This document shows, piece after piece, positions 10,838-20,561 of a stretch of DNA of 64,000 nt; the first letter of the stretch is position 1, and every line of letters begins with the position of its first letter. The stretch comes from a virus (Duplodnaviria; Heunggongvirae; Uroviricota; Caudoviricetes), in IMG/VR virus record IMGVR_UViG_2881684137_000004, positions 128,001 through 192,000 of that record; one strand, given 5' to 3'. The position numbers were made by a program, and so were the translations under genes. Under the pieces are notes generated by a model, which had not been told where the DNA came from, made no database searches, and saw only the letters and a program-made list of their open reading frames with translations.

Positions 10838-11257
10838 TTATCCTAAATACCTTTTAGGCTCTTTAAGATAATCTCTCGCATGTATGCCAAAATGCTCTGA
10901 AAGAATATCCCATGCTTTTGCACCATCTTCCTTACCTATTAAAAACTCTTGTTGCTCTGTCTCACTGTATTCTGGAAGGGGTATATGTCCCCTATAGCTA
11001 TTGTAACCTATTTTCAACCCTGTCAAATATGATTCGCTTAGACCACCGAATTCAGTTGCCTTAGGGTCTAATGAAGCCATCGTAATATAATAACAATCAT
11101 ACAGTTCATTTAATTTTATCCATTTATTATGTAGTGCCAAAGCAATTAACAGATTAACATGGTCTGTTTTATAGTCAAAATCTATATCTCTTATAGGCTT
11201 GACACATGCTCCTTCAAACCAACTAATTACGTTATCAAGCTCTATTCTCTTTGTCAT
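10838..11257 (-). CDS. hypothetical protein
   Basis: 139 aa, GGGGGA RBS, hairpin at 10788-10824 downstream. Confidence 0.7.
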   Translation of the reverse strand: MTKRIELDNVISWFEGACVKPIRDIDFDYKTDHVNLLIALALHNKWIKLNELYDCYYITMASLDPKATEFGGLSESYLTGLKIGYNSYRGHIPLPEYSETEQQEFLIGKEDGAKAWDILSEHFGIHARDYLKEPKRYLG

Positions 11258-11293
11258 TCTTCTTCCCCCTTAAATTCAATGTTAAACTACTTA

Positions 11294-11581
11294 CTAAATC
11301 CTAGATAACAGGTTTGTTATGAATTTACTTCCTCCGATTAACCTTTGACGTTCATAGTTGTCTTCTGGGGACTCTGAAAAAGCAAGCTTTTGAATCCTCT
11401 CATAGTTAATACTCAGATTTAACTCTAAAACCTCCTTTAATTTTTGAATGTCTGTAATTTTTGCAAAATGCAATAAATCCTGCTCTTGCATAGCTGCCTG
11501 TGCTGAACGCATTTTATAGCCCTCCCTATGATATGTACTTAATACTAATTTATCAAAGTTATACTTTTTTAACAATAACAA
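11294..11581 (-). CDS. hypothetical protein (true start probably near 11512)
   Basis: ORF; GGGAGG RBS precedes internal MRSAQ. Confidence 0.55.
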   Translation of the reverse strand: MLLLKKYNFDKLVLSTYHREGYKMRSAQAAMQEQDLLHFAKITDIQKLKEVLELNLSINYERIQKLAFSESPEDNYERQRLIGGSKFITNLLSRI

Positions 11582-11629
11582 TTGGAGATATTTTTAAATA
11601 TTTTCCAAATAATACGGTACGGCACTTAT

Positions 11630-12328
11630 CTAGTCTAATACTGTAATACCTGAGTCGGCGAAAAATTTTATTAGCTTTTTAGGATTACGCGCCCAAGACA
11701 CAAGCGCAGAAGAACTAACAGCGAATTCCAAATATTGACTTAATTCTCGTCTATCTTCCCTACCGTTGCCGTATATACTTTTGCTTTTCAAGCAAGGATC
11801 GAACTTTCCTCCATCAAGATCAGCATAAATGATCAATTCATACTTAAATTGTGAATGTTCCTCGCCTTCGAAATGAATTTCCTTCACTTCAACTGTAAGA
11901 TTTTGTATAAATTCTTCCACCTGTTCAGTGGTAATTGTGATTCCTCTTTCCAAAATTTCTTTCTTTCTGATAATTATTTTTTCCAAACCTTTTTTTCTCT
12001 CAATTTCATAGAGTCTTTCAGCTTCCTCCTTTTTTTTCTTATCTTCTATTGCTTGCCTCTCTGAAGCTGAAACCTCTCCTTCAATTGTTAACCCCTTTTC
12101 CAAGAGGTCAATAATTGTATGACTGACAATTTGTTGGTACACACCCCAGTTTTGTCCACTATAATCATGATCAACACAAACATCACCAATATGAAGAGTA
12201 TCGTTATCCGTTACATCACAGAGTAATATTTGAAATGCCTTAATTATATATGGTGTGTCCCCTACGCAGCCAATATATGTATTGATAACAACATCTGAAG
12301 TAGTGTTATTGATAATTTTATATGGCAT
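11630..12328 (-). CDS. hypothetical protein
   Basis: 232 aa, GGGAG RBS. Confidence 0.75.
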   Translation of the reverse strand: MPYKIINNTTSDVVINTYIGCVGDTPYIIKAFQILLCDVTDNDTLHIGDVCVDHDYSGQNWGVYQQIVSHTIIDLLEKGLTIEGEVSASERQAIEDKKKKEEAERLYEIERKKGLEKIIIRKKEILERGITITTEQVEEFIQNLTVEVKEIHFEGEEHSQFKYELIIYADLDGGKFDPCLKSKSIYGNGREDRRELSQYLEFAVSSSALVSWARNPKKLIKFFADSGITVLD

Positions 12329-12430
12329 TTTATAACTCCCTTTTGTTATATTTTATTTTAACCCATTATAAAAACCTTACCGATAATATTTTGATACTTG
12401 AATCAATTTTCATTTTCGTACTCCTTGGGA

Positions 12431-12463
12431 TATTCGAGCAAACAACACAATGTTTGCTCGAAT
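12431..12463 (-). terminator. hairpin downstream of Csx16-like gene
   Basis: ATTCGAGCAAACA-ACACAA-TGTTTGCTCGAAT. Confidence 0.55.
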
Positions 12464-12500
12464 AAATATCAACTATACTCTGTACGCTGTACGCTGTACG

Positions 12501-13070
12501 CTATCCTGAAATTGCAGTTACTCTATATGCCCCTTTAATCTGCATTTGCAAGCCCTGCTCCAGCAACTCGTTAACTGACATGTCGCTGTGTTTGGCAGCG
12601 TCAAACCCTGGTACAGTTACAGTGGTATAAGCATCGCAGTGAGCAAGCATAAACGGTGGAAGTTGGCCATATACATGCTTGCCTGCTACATCCTCAACAC
12701 TTGCATTACCTGTAATAATGGGTGTGCCAGACAACTCTGGCATATTAGTAAGCAACAGATCTATAGCTGCCTGATGCTGTGTGACAATAATCACTGGAGC
12801 AGCCGACTCTACTTTGTGGACTTGGTACAAGTCCACATCAAGATCAGCAGCTAGCACATCTTCCGCTGAAGCGTACTTTGCTCCCCGCGGAATACGCGGT
12901 GCATAATACTCAGTATATCCCTGCTCTGCAACTACTGGAGCAGGCAAAACTGACAATACAGCAAGAACGGCATCTTGATTTGACAATGGAGCGAGTTGCT
13001 GAAACGCTGGAAAACCAAGAACAGTAAGTTTGCGGGAAGATAAAAGATCATTAAGTTTTGTAATTTTCAT
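12501..13070 (-). CDS. tandem Csx16-like (VVA1548-family) protein, candidate cyclic-oligoadenylate ring nuclease
   Basis: C-half IIVTQHQAAIDLL..ASVEDVAGKHVYGQLPP..DMSVNEL matches Csx16 pattern (SRHxGA..GDxVIGTLP..ELS); N-half is a degenerate repeat (VLSVLPAPVVAE..IPRG..SAEDV). Start re-set to MKITK with AAGGAG RBS. Confidence 0.6.
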   Translation of the reverse strand: MKITKLNDLLSSRKLTVLGFPAFQQLAPLSNQDAVLAVLSVLPAPVVAEQGYTEYYAPRIPRGAKYASAEDVLAADLDVDLYQVHKVESAAPVIIVTQHQAAIDLLLTNMPELSGTPIITGNASVEDVAGKHVYGQLPPFMLAHCDAYTTVTVPGFDAAKHSDMSVNELLEQGLQMQIKGAYRVTAISG

Positions 13071-13184
13071 TTTAAATTTTCTCCTTTTGTACCGACTCCT
13101 TGTTGAGCCTAGTACGCTTACCTGATACTCATAATTATACAAGTTTATATGTGTAAAGTCAATATAATATTATATATTTTATTT

Positions 13185-13790
13185 TTATTTTTTGTAGATT
13201 GGAGTTGCATCAATCGAGTTAAAAAGGTCAATCATATATCGCTTATCAAAGCATCTATACTTTGATTGTTTGATAATAAAATGCTTGCTTTCTGTTATAT
13301 TTTTTGTTGAATCGATGTCTACATTGATCCAGCCATCATAAACCAATATTGATTCATCAGGCAAAATGATGTTTTCATAATTACTCCTTTTTCTTTTTGG
13401 TCTATGCAAAATACGCAATGACTCGCTGTATTGTGCATAAGGCTTAACAACAACTTTTTTAATCACAGTCTGGAAAGCAACAGGGAAGCCGAATTCTGAT
13501 AGCTTTACAATTGTTACTTTACGTTCCTCCTGTAAAGGAGAAATGTCAGCAAATACACTGATAAGCTCTTTAAGCCAAGTAATAATTATTGAATTTGGAA
13601 ATTCTATTTCTGCCTTTTTGATTAAGGCAGCATCAACATTCAAATCCTTTATTGAATCAAAGAAAACCATTTTTGCGTTTTGTTTGTCGGAATCTGTTAG
13701 TGAGAAGATATTGTTACCATATTTACTAATTGCTTCTGCCGCATAGTCAGAAACTAGGTCAATCGTATTGAATTCATATGTATTAGTCAT
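13185..13790 (-). CDS. hypothetical protein
   Basis: 201 aa, GGAGG RBS, operator-promoter upstream. Confidence 0.75.
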   Translation of the reverse strand: MTNTYEFNTIDLVSDYAAEAISKYGNNIFSLTDSDKQNAKMVFFDSIKDLNVDAALIKKAEIEFPNSIIITWLKELISVFADISPLQEERKVTIVKLSEFGFPVAFQTVIKKVVVKPYAQYSESLRILHRPKRKRSNYENIILPDESILVYDGWINVDIDSTKNITESKHFIIKQSKYRCFDKRYMIDLFNSIDATPIYKK

Positions 13791-13917
13791 TTATAAAAAC
13801 CTCCATTTGTTTGCATCTCTTAATAATAAATATACAGGTTTATAACTATAAAGTCAACTAATTTTTTTATATTTTATTAAATAGAACGAAACAGCTATTT
13901 CATGCTAACTATTCAGA

Positions 13918-14196
13918 TTAATAAACATCCATTTCAACAGAGTAAAAATTGTGTTCTTTGTACCATAGAATATTTCGAACTACTGCTTTAATAGTCCAAT
14001 CTTTTCTATGATCATCGGGATTCCTATATCTCCCTTTGCTTTTCACTATGTCCATTACCTTTCTAAACTGTCCGTTGTTTGTGTAATCATTACCATATCG
14101 AATTACAATTGTAAGTTGTTGACCAGGCTCCAATGCTTTAAATTCAGCTTTGATTATTTTGTATATGCTTTCTAAATCTATGATAACTTTACTCAT
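13918..14196 (-). CDS. hypothetical protein
   Basis: 92 aa, AGGAGG RBS. Confidence 0.7.
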   Translation of the reverse strand: MSKVIIDLESIYKIIKAEFKALEPGQQLTIVIRYGNDYTNNGQFRKVMDIVKSKGRYRNPDDHRKDWTIKAVVRNILWYKEHNFYSVEMDVY

Positions 14197-14275
14197 TCGA
14201 ATAACCCTCCTGTTAACGTCTTAATGACATTGTATCACAGAGGGTTATTAATTGTATATATTTTTCTTTTATAAT

Positions 14276-14566
14276 CTAAGCAGTTGTTAACTCTCTATTC
14301 AGGTCACGAATGAAAGCCATGATATTACCTACCTCATAACGATTAAAGCGCTCAGGATGCTTTTTATAGGTGTCTGGAGCTTCCATTGGGTCAATGTCTC
14401 TAAAACCGTCTACAAAGGCCACTGAAGGCCGTCCAGCTTTGTCATACTTGCGTACTAGTTCACGGTACTTAGCTTTATAGACGATCCGCCCACAATCCCA
14501 AACCTGTGCATAGATAGGCGTATGGTGCGTTGTGGTTTGCGCGGTTTTTTGGTAAGTGAAAATCAT
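14276..14566 (-). CDS. hypothetical protein
   Basis: 96 aa, AGGAGG RBS. Confidence 0.7.
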   Translation of the reverse strand: MIFTYQKTAQTTTHHTPIYAQVWDCGRIVYKAKYRELVRKYDKAGRPSVAFVDGFRDIDPMEAPDTYKKHPERFNRYEVGNIMAFIRDLNRELTTA

Positions 14567-14580
14567 TGGGGATTACCCTC

Positions 14581-14919
14581 CTATCGAATTAGGCCACTAT
14601 TGAAAGCGTCGATGACTTCTAGTGCCATATATTTTTTCTGTCCTTCGTCTTTTTCATTTCCATTGTTAAAATAGTGAACGCAAAGACGTTTTAAATTATT
14701 TAGAAATTCATTTAATCTCTTCTGCTGGATGTAGTCTGTTAGCTCGACTTTGTAGCTTTCTAATTGATCAACAAGGACGGCAGAACTTATGCTTTCGCCT
14801 TCATTCTCATATTTAAGGATTGCAAAAATTTCTGCTTCTTCCGTCGATCTGGCCGCGAAAAGATCGGTTTTAGTGAAATCGCCTACGCTGAAATATGTGT
14901 CTACTTTGTATAGGTTCAT
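14581..14919 (-). CDS. hypothetical protein
   Basis: Start re-set to MNLYKV after AGGAGG RBS. Confidence 0.7.
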   Translation of the reverse strand: MNLYKVDTYFSVGDFTKTDLFAARSTEEAEIFAILKYENEGESISSAVLVDQLESYKVELTDYIQQKRLNEFLNNLKRLCVHYFNNGNEKDEGQKKYMALEVIDAFNSGLIR

Positions 14920-14960
14920 TTTATTAGGCCTCCTGTGTACTATATTGGATTGATTCACCT

Positions 14961-15215
14961 TTAGGAGAAGCAAGGATAGTCAGTTTCACGTTTTTTCCTT
15001 TTGAATTTTTCTATACTGATTTGCATTTGTTCAGTATTTGCATAAAATGGCTTGCCAACTTTTGAAGCATAATTAAAATGAGGAAACACCATTGCTTTAT
15101 TTTCATTGAAGCGAATATATGCAATCAATTCTTTGTTAATTCTTAATTCGTTGAGTTCAAACATATTCATTGGAGTAACTTCAACATCTGGAATTGCATT
15201 TAAATGATTTTTCAT
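14961..15215 (-). CDS. hypothetical protein
   Basis: 84 aa, AAGGAG RBS. Confidence 0.65.
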   Translation of the reverse strand: MKNHLNAIPDVEVTPMNMFELNELRINKELIAYIRFNENKAMVFPHFNYASKVGKPFYANTEQMQISIEKFKRKKRETDYPCFS

Positions 15216-15274
15216 TTTATTAATTCTCCTTGTCTATGTATTAGTATGAAAGTCGCATTTCATGTCCTATTTAT

Positions 15275-15562
15275 TTATGTATATTTTGGAGATACAAACC
15301 TTTGTTCCTTCTTTTCTTCTATCATGTTTTTAAGCCATCCCTGATTTGCTTTAATCAATTGTTCTGCTCGTTCAATTGCATCTTTCTCATATCTATAATT
15401 TTGAGTTACTGCCATTCCCGTAATGGCTTCCGTTACATTCCAATGTTTATCATGTGCTAAGGATTCGTGAACAAAACATTCAAAACCACTTATTAAAACT
15501 TTTGTGCCTTCTACTTCTATGAATTTATTACCCTTTACTTGAATGTAATAAATATCTTTCAT
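15275..15562 (-). CDS. hypothetical protein
   Basis: MKDIY start with GGAG RBS; single ORF between two near-identical 30-bp boundary repeats. Confidence 0.7.
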   Translation of the reverse strand: MKDIYYIQVKGNKFIEVEGTKVLISGFECFVHESLAHDKHWNVTEAITGMAVTQNYRYEKDAIERAEQLIKANQGWLKNMIEEKKEQRFVSPKYT

Positions 15563-15603
15563 TTTTAACCACTCCATTTATGTATTAGTAGGAAAGCCGT
15601 ATT

Positions 15604-15999
15604 TCATGCTAATGCTTCAATTTTTTTAAACTGATATTCGTTCACCGCTTTTGGGGATTTACGAATGTAATCAAAAACTTTCAAAACATCTTGAATAGTA
15701 ATTCTTTCCATTTCAATGTTTGTCATAATTTGATTATAATCATGATTCAAAACATCCCACACGATCAAAAATTGATCGAAATTAAAGGGGTTGTTCTCCT
15801 GTAGACTGTTCAATAAATCGTCTCTTTGTTCTCTTGCTTCGCGTTCGTCTTTTTCTCTCTTTGCTTTTTCGATACTTTCCACTTTTAAAGCATGATCAAA
15901 TTTTTCATCAGATAATTTTAGGTTGTTGGCATTGATACGCTTGTTATATGCGCTCCAATCCTTGGCGGTGCTATTAAATTTCGGTTTTGTTAAAATCAT
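15604..15999 (-). CDS. hypothetical protein
   Basis: 131 aa, AGGAG RBS, TGA stop inside an 18-bp site. Confidence 0.7.
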   Translation of the reverse strand: MILTKPKFNSTAKDWSAYNKRINANNLKLSDEKFDHALKVESIEKAKREKDEREAREQRDDLLNSLQENNPFNFDQFLIVWDVLNHDYNQIMTNIEMERITIQDVLKVFDYIRKSPKAVNEYQFKKIEALA

Positions 16000-16121
16000 T
16001 TATATTCACGCTCCTATGTATCTATTTTATATTACTTTAAGCAGTCAACCGCTGCACTGATGGAATCGTCTATTTCATTGTCGAACCAGTAGAATAATGA
16101 TACCCAAAGTATGCATTCATC

Positions 16122-16373
16122 CTAACCATTGCAACAAGCTTTAGCCATATCAGACAAATAATTTTTGTCCCAGGCTAGAATCTCATATGCGCTTATATCA
16201 AGTGTAACTGATACAGTATAAACCTCCTCAAAATGCTGATTTCTGAAGCGTGGATCAAACTTAGCAGAATCCTTAGCAGCAAGGTAATCGCAATAATTCT
16301 CCCAAACACGATAACTATTCACTTCACCTTGAGACATAGTGGCCAAATCTTTCTCTTTCAACATTCTAATCAC
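16122..16373 (-). CDS. hypothetical protein
   Basis: 83 aa, operator-promoter upstream. Confidence 0.65.
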   Translation of the reverse strand: MIRMLKEKDLATMSQGEVNSYRVWENYCDYLAAKDSAKFDPRFRNQHFEEVYTVSVTLDISAYEILAWDKNYLSDMAKACCNG

Positions 16374-16512
16374 TCCCTGATATGTATTTATTACCTTAAT
16401 TATAATTGAAAAGTTTATGTTTGTAAAGTTATTTTTGTATATTTATTATTTGATAATTACGGTGAACATAATTTGATAAATACTTAAATTAATATCACTG
16501 GCAATGCAATAG

Positions 16513-16788
16513 CTATATTTGAGTTTTACCCATTTTTGAAAAGTCACTTATTAGCGCATCCACGCCTTCTATCTCAATCACTATGTCAATTGCTTCTTCA
16601 ACGCTTTCGACTTTTGTTCCATTCACAGAGATCTTATCTTTGTATAAATCAATCGTACAGTTCTCGGTCAATATGGCTGCCGTTGGTGCATATGCAAATG
16701 TGTATTTGTCTCCAAATACTTCATATTTGTATCCATATATCTCAAGTTTGCGGCTAATGGCTTTGATGTTCTTTTCTAGTTTGGTCAT
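16513..16788 (-). CDS. hypothetical protein
   Basis: 91 aa, AGGAGG RBS. Confidence 0.7.
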   Translation of the reverse strand: MTKLEKNIKAISRKLEIYGYKYEVFGDKYTFAYAPTAAILTENCTIDLYKDKISVNGTKVESVEEAIDIVIEIEGVDALISDFSKMGKTQI

Positions 16789-16835
16789 GACATTTCCCTC
16801 CTATTTAACTTTGATTCATATTTATAGTTTTATAA

Positions 16836-16982
16836 CTACCATCCTCGACCATTTTTCACTGCTTCTAAATTTTCTTTTGCGTAGATAATGTAATCTTCTT
16901 TTCTGTGATCGTTTTTGTAAGCGTCAATGACTTTCTCCAATTGCTTTTCATAATACTCAATTAACTGCTCTTTCAATTTCAT
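16836..16982 (-). CDS. small hypothetical protein (below ORF-track cutoff)
   Basis: 48 aa MKLKEQLIEYY..., AGGAGG RBS next to 18-bp site. Confidence 0.6.
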   Translation of the reverse strand: MKLKEQLIEYYEKQLEKVIDAYKNDHRKEDYIIYAKENLEAVKNGRGW

Positions 16983-17021
16983 TATTTATTACCTCCTATA
17001 GAATCACTCTTTTATATTCTA

Positions 17022-17249
17022 CTATGCAAGATATGTATTTTTATCATCTTTATAGATTGTTTTTAATTCTAAAGGCATATAAAAATAATTCTTCTCTCCA
17101 TGGATTACGATGAAGTAACCCTCATTATCATGCTGCACTTTTCTGTGTGCAGTGGTATTGATTTTTGCTCTATTGACAATCTTAACGACAGCATACAGTT
17201 TTTCTGACTTACTAATAAACAAATCTACATAAATCCAGTTTTTCATCAT
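17022..17249 (-). CDS. hypothetical protein
   Basis: 75 aa, GGAGG RBS, overlaps upstream stop. Confidence 0.65.
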   Translation of the reverse strand: MMKNWIYVDLFISKSEKLYAVVKIVNRAKINTTAHRKVQHDNEGYFIVIHGEKNYFYMPLELKTIYKDDKNTYLA

Positions 17250-17473
17250 TCATGCCTCCCATTGCTATGCCATTTTAAATTATTTATGGGCAATTCAAAT
17301 CTTTCATTGTTCCTTAATTCCAGTAGTGCCGTTTCATATCCCCAAGCTTGTTGTATCTTTTCTTCATCAGCAGCATTCCAGTATTGACCGTACATTCCCA
17401 CCAGAAAAACTGAACCGTGTTTATCTTTTGTGAAAACTACATTTAATGAGCGCAATCCTTTTCTATTCCCCAA
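17246..17473 (-). CDS. hypothetical protein
   Basis: 75 aa, GAGGTG RBS. Confidence 0.65.
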   Translation of the reverse strand: MGNRKGLRSLNVVFTKDKHGSVFLVGMYGQYWNAADEEKIQQAWGYETALLELRNNERFELPINNLKWHSNGRHE

Positions 17474-17716
17474 AATCTCACCTCATGTCACTTTTTCTAA
17501 AAGTAAGTGTTTCATTTCTTTCAATGCCTTATTGACTGCTATAATTGAATTTTTAGATTTAATAATGCAAATAAATAATGCCTCATTTATATCCGGTTTT
17601 TAACTTCATTGTGATCCATTTTTATTCCTTCTGATATTTTTATAGCCACCTCAACGCCTTCACAAGACGTTGAACGCTCTAAGCTTAAGGCTGCTTCTGA
17701 CTATAATAGTCACCGC

Positions 17717-17974
17717 TTAGACGGTTTGTTTAAGTAATTGATAATTGTAATGAATTAATTCATTTAAATCGATACCAGATGATTCAATAGCACTTTTGAT
17801 GCTTTCTTTGAAATTATTTAAAGATTCAATCTTACAAATCTTTTCAATTTCAGTTAAAGAATCATCATCTCTTATTATTTCAATTGCATAACTCAAATCA
17901 GTCATTGATCTAAATAATTCAATTGCATTCCCCTTTAGGGTAGCATTCAATTCATTTTCAAATACATTTTTCAT
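17717..17974 (-). CDS. hypothetical protein
   Basis: 85 aa, AGGAGG RBS. Confidence 0.7.
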   Translation of the reverse strand: MKNVFENELNATLKGNAIELFRSMTDLSYAIEIIRDDDSLTEIEKICKIESLNNFKESIKSAIESSGIDLNELIHYNYQLLKQTV

Positions 17975-18068
17975 GGTAATACCTCCTAGTTATGTGTATG
18001 GTTTTATAATATCACAATGTACATGAAATGAGTATTTAATCGGATAGATAGTGAAGTATATCCCTTTT

Positions 18069-18260
18069 TTAATATTTGCCATTCGGATTAATAAAGTCAC
18101 ATTGAACATCATTTTCTTTCATGTAGCGGTAGTAATTAACAAGCATTACCATGTCACCTTCAGGAATGGCCGTTGTTTCGTCAGTGATTACATTAACTTT
18201 TTGGGTTGTTTCATCATGAACGAATTCCATTGTTCTATTATTGTTGATTTCAATTTTCAT
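18069..18260 (-). CDS. hypothetical protein
   Basis: MKIEINN start, AGGAG RBS. Confidence 0.6.
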   Translation of the reverse strand: MKIEINNNRTMEFVHDETTQKVNVITDETTAIPEGDMVMLVNYYRYMKENDVQCDFINPNGKY

Positions 18261-18320
18261 TTTACACACTCCTATGTATGATTGGAGAAGGGGAATTTCT
18301 TCCCCTTTATTACAAGGCTT

Positions 18321-18509
18321 CTACATGAACAACCGTTTATAATATTCAATTTTATCTTTTGTTGCCTCCAGTGCGTCTGTCGCATTGCAGAAAGGCCTAA
18401 CACTTTCAAGCTTTGCAAGCTTCGGCATGATATATTCCCAGCTTTTCTTTTTTGCTTCCAATTCTTTAATTTTGCCGCGGATCTGCATATTGTGCAATTC
18501 AACATTCAT
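18321..18509 (-). CDS. hypothetical protein
   Basis: 62 aa, GAAGG RBS, operator-promoter upstream. Confidence 0.6.
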   Translation of the reverse strand: MNVELHNMQIRGKIKELEAKKKSWEYIMPKLAKLESVRPFCNATDALEATKDKIEYYKRLFM

Positions 18510-18650
18510 CTAAAAACCTTCTTCCATTATGTATTTGTTACTTTTATTATAATCGTTTACTTTATATTTGTAAAGTTTTATGTATATTTTATTTATTTTT
18601 AATTACAATGAAAACCGAATTCTATCGTAAGAGAAAGGGGAATTACTCCC

Positions 18651-19058
18651 CTATAAACTTAACAGTTCTTTTACTTCTTCATGAGCTGCCAACACAACAT
18701 TATGAAATTGTTGGTCATCCATTTCAATTAAATCTTTGTTGCTGTATCCTTCAATTAAAGTTCTAATATCTTCACAATCGTACACATTCACCGCACTGAT
18801 TTTAGAAATGCTTTTAATCCTTTTCATAACAGTGTGATTAATTTTATAACTTTCATCCATAATTCTATTTTCTTTCTCAATCAACCATTTCGGTGGTTCG
18901 TATTCGCGGTAAGGCTTGCTTAATTTGTGATGATCGTTCACCCACTGCTGTCCATTGCATTCATAACACTTGCCGCCGTCTATCATTATGTAGTTTTGGA
19001 TAATTCCCTTACCTAGACATTTAGGACACTTTTTCATGGTTTGGATTCCTCTTTTCAT
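18651..19058 (-). CDS. Zn-finger (CxxCxGxG) protein
   Basis: CPKCLGKG and CYECNG motifs; start probably 19037. Confidence 0.7.
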   Translation of the reverse strand: MKRGIQTMKKCPKCLGKGIIQNYIMIDGGKCYECNGQQWVNDHHKLSKPYREYEPPKWLIEKENRIMDESYKINHTVMKRIKSISKISAVNVYDCEDIRTLIEGYSNKDLIEMDDQQFHNVVLAAHEEVKELLSL

Positions 19059-19093
19059 TTTTGTTGGAAGAAGTAAAAGGGGATTTCTGCCCT

Positions 19094-19342
19094 TTAAGCT
19101 GGAATACTTTTCATTAGTGAATTGAAGTCATATGGCATTGCCATTCTTTTGTTCAGATCCTTTATATAGCTATCATAAAATTCAGGAAAATCAGGAAAAT
19201 CAGTTTCTAACTTTTTAAGCAATTCACATCTTTTCTCAATAAGTCCTTGCCTGTTTTTAATGTTGAGGTTGCTCCGACTACGTATTACACATTCTGTTTC
19301 AGCGAGGTCTTGACAAAGTCTTTTGTAGTTCATTTTTATCAA
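19094..19342 (-). CDS. hypothetical protein
   Basis: 82 aa, operator-promoter upstream. Confidence 0.65.
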   Translation of the reverse strand: MIKMNYKRLCQDLAETECVIRSRSNLNIKNRQGLIEKRCELLKKLETDFPDFPEFYDSYIKDLNKRMAMPYDFNSLMKSIPA

Positions 19343-19464
19343 CCACCTAATATGTATTTGTTACTTTGTTACTTTTATTATAAATCAAAAGTTTATAAAC
19401 GTAAAGTATTTTTGTATATTTTTTTACGATGAATCCTTATTCTAATGAAGGGGAATTTCTCCCC

Positions 19465-20148
19465 TTATGCAGTACAATCTGCCAATAAATCTAATTCTAC
19501 AGACTTATGAATCACGATTTCATATTCTTCTGCATCTGCAATCATTTCATTCATTCTAGATTCATTTACTACATCCCATACCTTCCGGCCTTCATAACTA
19601 GTCCAGCATATTAAAAACCTGTCAATCCTAGACAATGCGCTTTCTTTTCTTCTTGTGTTGTTCTTTATATATTTGATTAAATGTTTGTTTCCGATTTTCA
19701 AAAAATCGATTAACCTTTCATCATTGTGAAAGTTTTCATATAATTTTTCTTTGTTAAATGCACCGCCCCCATAAAGACTTCTAATTCTTTCAATTGACTT
19801 TTCAGAGCCATTTCCGATAACCATATATGTTAATTCATATTCCCACGTTTCAACTTCGTTAAATTTCTTGTGGATCGCCGCAAACTGATTGCCAGTTAAC
19901 TTGTGACAATCATCCCATTGTGCGACAATGGAATCTTGAAACCTCTTATTCCAGTCATCTTTAAAAGTTTTAGTTTTAAATACCTCTATTAAAGCGATAC
20001 ATTTATGACTCCAATCCGCATTAGCAATGTTTTGCAGATGAACATATTTAAGTGCTAAGGCTTGGCGATAACAGTTATACCCATAAGATTTGCCGTCTAA
20101 ATGATGAACGTTTTGAATCGATTTTCCGCAAGTGTAACAGTTCGTCAT
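19465..20148 (-). CDS. hypothetical protein with N-terminal Zn finger
   Basis: CYTCGK..YGYNC; GGAGG RBS. Confidence 0.75.
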   Translation of the reverse strand: MTNCYTCGKSIQNVHHLDGKSYGYNCYRQALALKYVHLQNIANADWSHKCIALIEVFKTKTFKDDWNKRFQDSIVAQWDDCHKLTGNQFAAIHKKFNEVETWEYELTYMVIGNGSEKSIERIRSLYGGGAFNKEKLYENFHNDERLIDFLKIGNKHLIKYIKNNTRRKESALSRIDRFLICWTSYEGRKVWDVVNESRMNEMIADAEEYEIVIHKSVELDLLADCTA

Positions 20149-20171
20149 TGAATTAAACCTCCATAATCATC

Positions 20172-20561
20172 TTAAATAAGAAGCTTAAAAGCAGCATTTA
20201 CAGCGTTTCGTTTTTCTCCATAGCTTGCCGATGGGCATTTAGCCAATCTCAAGAGTTTCATTACTGTTTCTGAAACTACTGGAATTGAAATTATATATTG
20301 TATCTTTTTTTCAATTAATATTGATTCCCAAGCAAGCGAAGCATTTTCAAGCCAGTATTCATCATATGCTGGCGAAACTGTAGTAAAGTTAATACCAGCT
20401 TTCTTTAGATAAATTATTTGAGAAGTGGAAATATTGTGCCGATCTAATAGAACAATTGAAGAAGAAGGAATAATAACATTTTTAATTGCATCGATTTTAA
20501 ATACAACTGCACCCGATAGCTGGTTTATGTTTTCAGAAATTATAATAATTTTCTTCTTCAT
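20172..20561 (-). CDS. hypothetical protein
   Basis: 129 aa, GGAGG RBS, operator-promoter upstream. Confidence 0.7.
   Translation of the reverse strand: MKKKIIIISENINQLSGAVVFKIDAIKNVIIPSSSIVLLDRHNISTSQIIYLKKAGINFTTVSPAYDEYWLENASLAWESILIEKKIQYIISIPVVSETVMKLLRLAKCPSASYGEKRNAVNAAFKLLI

Noticed and set aside
4838-12413. Extra weak 18-bp site candidates at ~4838, 4920, 6751, 10717, 12396
   Set aside because: Three or more arm mismatches or wrong spacer length; not distinguishable from AT-rich background by eye
12480-12500. CTGTACG x3 tandem repeat
   Set aside because: Short microsatellite after a stop codon with no evident function
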